IMG/VR virus record: IMGVR_UViG_2061766007_000865
From: an uncultured virus (IMG/VR IMGVR_UViG_2061766007_000865)
Lineage: Duplodnaviria; Heunggongvirae; Uroviricota; Caudoviricetes
DNA length: 64,000 bases
Strand: one strand, 5' to 3'
A program made the position numbers and the translations under genes. Under the pieces are notes generated by a model that searched no databases, was not told the origin of the DNA, and saw only the letters and a list, made by a program, of their open reading frames with translations. Below are positions 62,438 through 64,000 of the stretch, in pieces (position 1 is the stretch's first letter; each line of letters starts with the position of its first letter).

Positions 62438-64000
62438 TTACGCATTTTTTATGCATGATATTAAACTATCTATATTAGTAAACGTATTTTTTTCTGTGTA
62501 TATACCATTGAACTTCTCATCATTTAAATAATCAGCACCCTTAGTATTATCTTCGTCAAAATAATATAAAAGCTTAATATTTGCATCTTTACAACATTTA
62601 TTAAAATTATAATCACGCTCTATTTGTCCAGAAAGGCTTCCACCATAAGATTCATGAAAAGAATTTGATTCCATAAAATGTTGTTTCCCTTGACATTCTA
62701 TCATTACATTATAAGATTTGATGAAAAAGTCACCACGCATTTTTCCAAATATTTTTTCGTTAATATATTCTTTTCTAAACTTAATCCCTTCTTCTGTTAA
62801 CCTATTATTTACCTCCTCTTCTAATTTGGATACTGCATGAGCACATTTTGGACATCCACAGCCGTTTCTATCAATCTTTAAATGAGTTGCTGGCATTTGC
62901 CAAAATTCTCCATGAATAGGACATATTATGCAAACCTTTGTGTGAAAATCTATATATTCAACCTTAGAATAATCATATTTATCACCATGAAGCTTTTTTG
63001 CTCTTTCTATAAATTTTTCTCTTCCTATCTTTCTTCTTCTTTCTTTTCTTTCTTCTTTTGTTATATGAATCTCATCTAAATTTCCAGTAAATGAATTCAA
63101 AAAAGTATACGGTTTTATTGAGAATATTTCATTATTCGATTCNNNNNNNNNNNNNNNNNNNNNNNNNNNNNNNNNNNNNNNNNNNNNNNNNNNNNNNNNN
63201 NNNNNNNNNNNNNNNNNNNNNNNNNNNNNNNNNNNNNNNNNNNNNNNNNNNNNNNNNNNNNNNNNNNNNNNNNNNNNNNNNNNNNNNNNNNNNNNNNNNN
63301 NNNNNNNNNNNNNNNNNNNNNNNNNNNNNNNNNNNNNNNNNNNNNNNNNNNNNNNNNNNNNNNNNNNNTGTTTATGGCTTTTTTTATAAAATTATTTTCT
63401 TCACACTCTCTTCTTCTTTCTTTTCTTTCTTCTTCTGTTAGTTTAGGTCTAATCTTCTTACTCCTAGTGCTTTCTATATATTGCTTATGGCATTCTTTAC
63501 AACCACCAAACNNNNNNNNNNNNNNNNNNNNNNNNNNNNNNNNNNNNNNNNNNNNNNNNNNNNNNNNNNNNNNNNNNNNNNNNNNNNNNNNNNNNNNNNN
63601 NNNNNTTGTTTTTTGACCTTTCTATAAAATTTTTGGTATTAAAAATAAGGTCATTCGACATTTTTTTCTCTTTAACGCATTTTGGACATCCATTATCTCT
63701 TTTACTTATGGCATCAACTGTTTTAAAAAAAGAGCCATGCTTAGGACAAATTATTTCAACTACCTCTGTNNNNNNNNNNNNNNNNNNTCAATCTTTGAAT
63801 AATCATATTTATCTCCATAATAATACTTGCATTTTTTTATAATTTGCTCAGTGGATAATTGTCTTCTACTACCCCTCTTAAGCCCACTACAACAAAACGG
63901 ACAAAGACCATCCTTAGAATATAAGTGCGTGTACATGTTTACACTGAACTCACCATGCTCCTTACATATCAATGTAACTGGAGTTTGAGAGTCAACATAT
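62438..64000 (-). CDS. Zinc-ribbon repeat / Vsr-like homing endonuclease gene(s), heavily gapped
   Basis: 'HGDKYDYSKVEY...ICPIHGEFWQ', 'GDFFIKSYNVMIECQGKQHF'; further repeat units at 63606-64000. Confidence 0.7.

Noticed and set aside
1..64000. Stop-codon reassignment as in Lak or some crAss-like phages
   Set aside because: Core genes read as long ORFs in the standard code, and TAA, TAG and TGA all end genes.
1..64000. CRISPR array, tRNA or rRNA genes
   Set aside because: No repeat-spacer periodicity or cloverleaf was recognised by eye. Gaps could hide some.

Overview
A 64-kb, gap-containing (N-padded, apparently multi-strain metagenomic) fragment of a large T4-like tailed phage genome read in the standard genetic code. 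Canonical TTTG-N19/20-TATCTTTG promoters and a DUF4842/LruC-type lipoprotein point to a Bacteroidota host. The left third is the head module: major capsid protein, scaffold, prohead protease, portal, and large terminase with a LAGLIDADG intein. The middle holds nucleotide metabolism and accessory genes (thyA, MazG-like, KTSC, ClpC, nucleotidyltransferase, UvrD, thioredoxin, dNMP kinase, ABC ATPase + GNAT). The right part holds a family B DNA polymerase and small paralogous genes. Highlights: (1) polB is fractured in its catalytic motif C by a naturally split Ser1/Thr+1 intein, with a free-standing endonuclease gene between the separately promoted halves. (2) Many late genes share a 'K.IRLTES.L..I..E...I..E' leader or spacer ending in prohead-protease-type sites and fused to varied cargo (ART-like, nucleotidyltransferase, GNAT, ferritin-like), suggesting a modular capsid-loaded effector system. 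(3) A likely programmed -1 frameshift in an acidic head protein. (4) A ClpC with degenerate NBD1 motifs. (5) A candidate late promoter (A/C)TATTTAT and two candidate structured RNAs. All family assignments come from motif recognition by eye; no searches were run.
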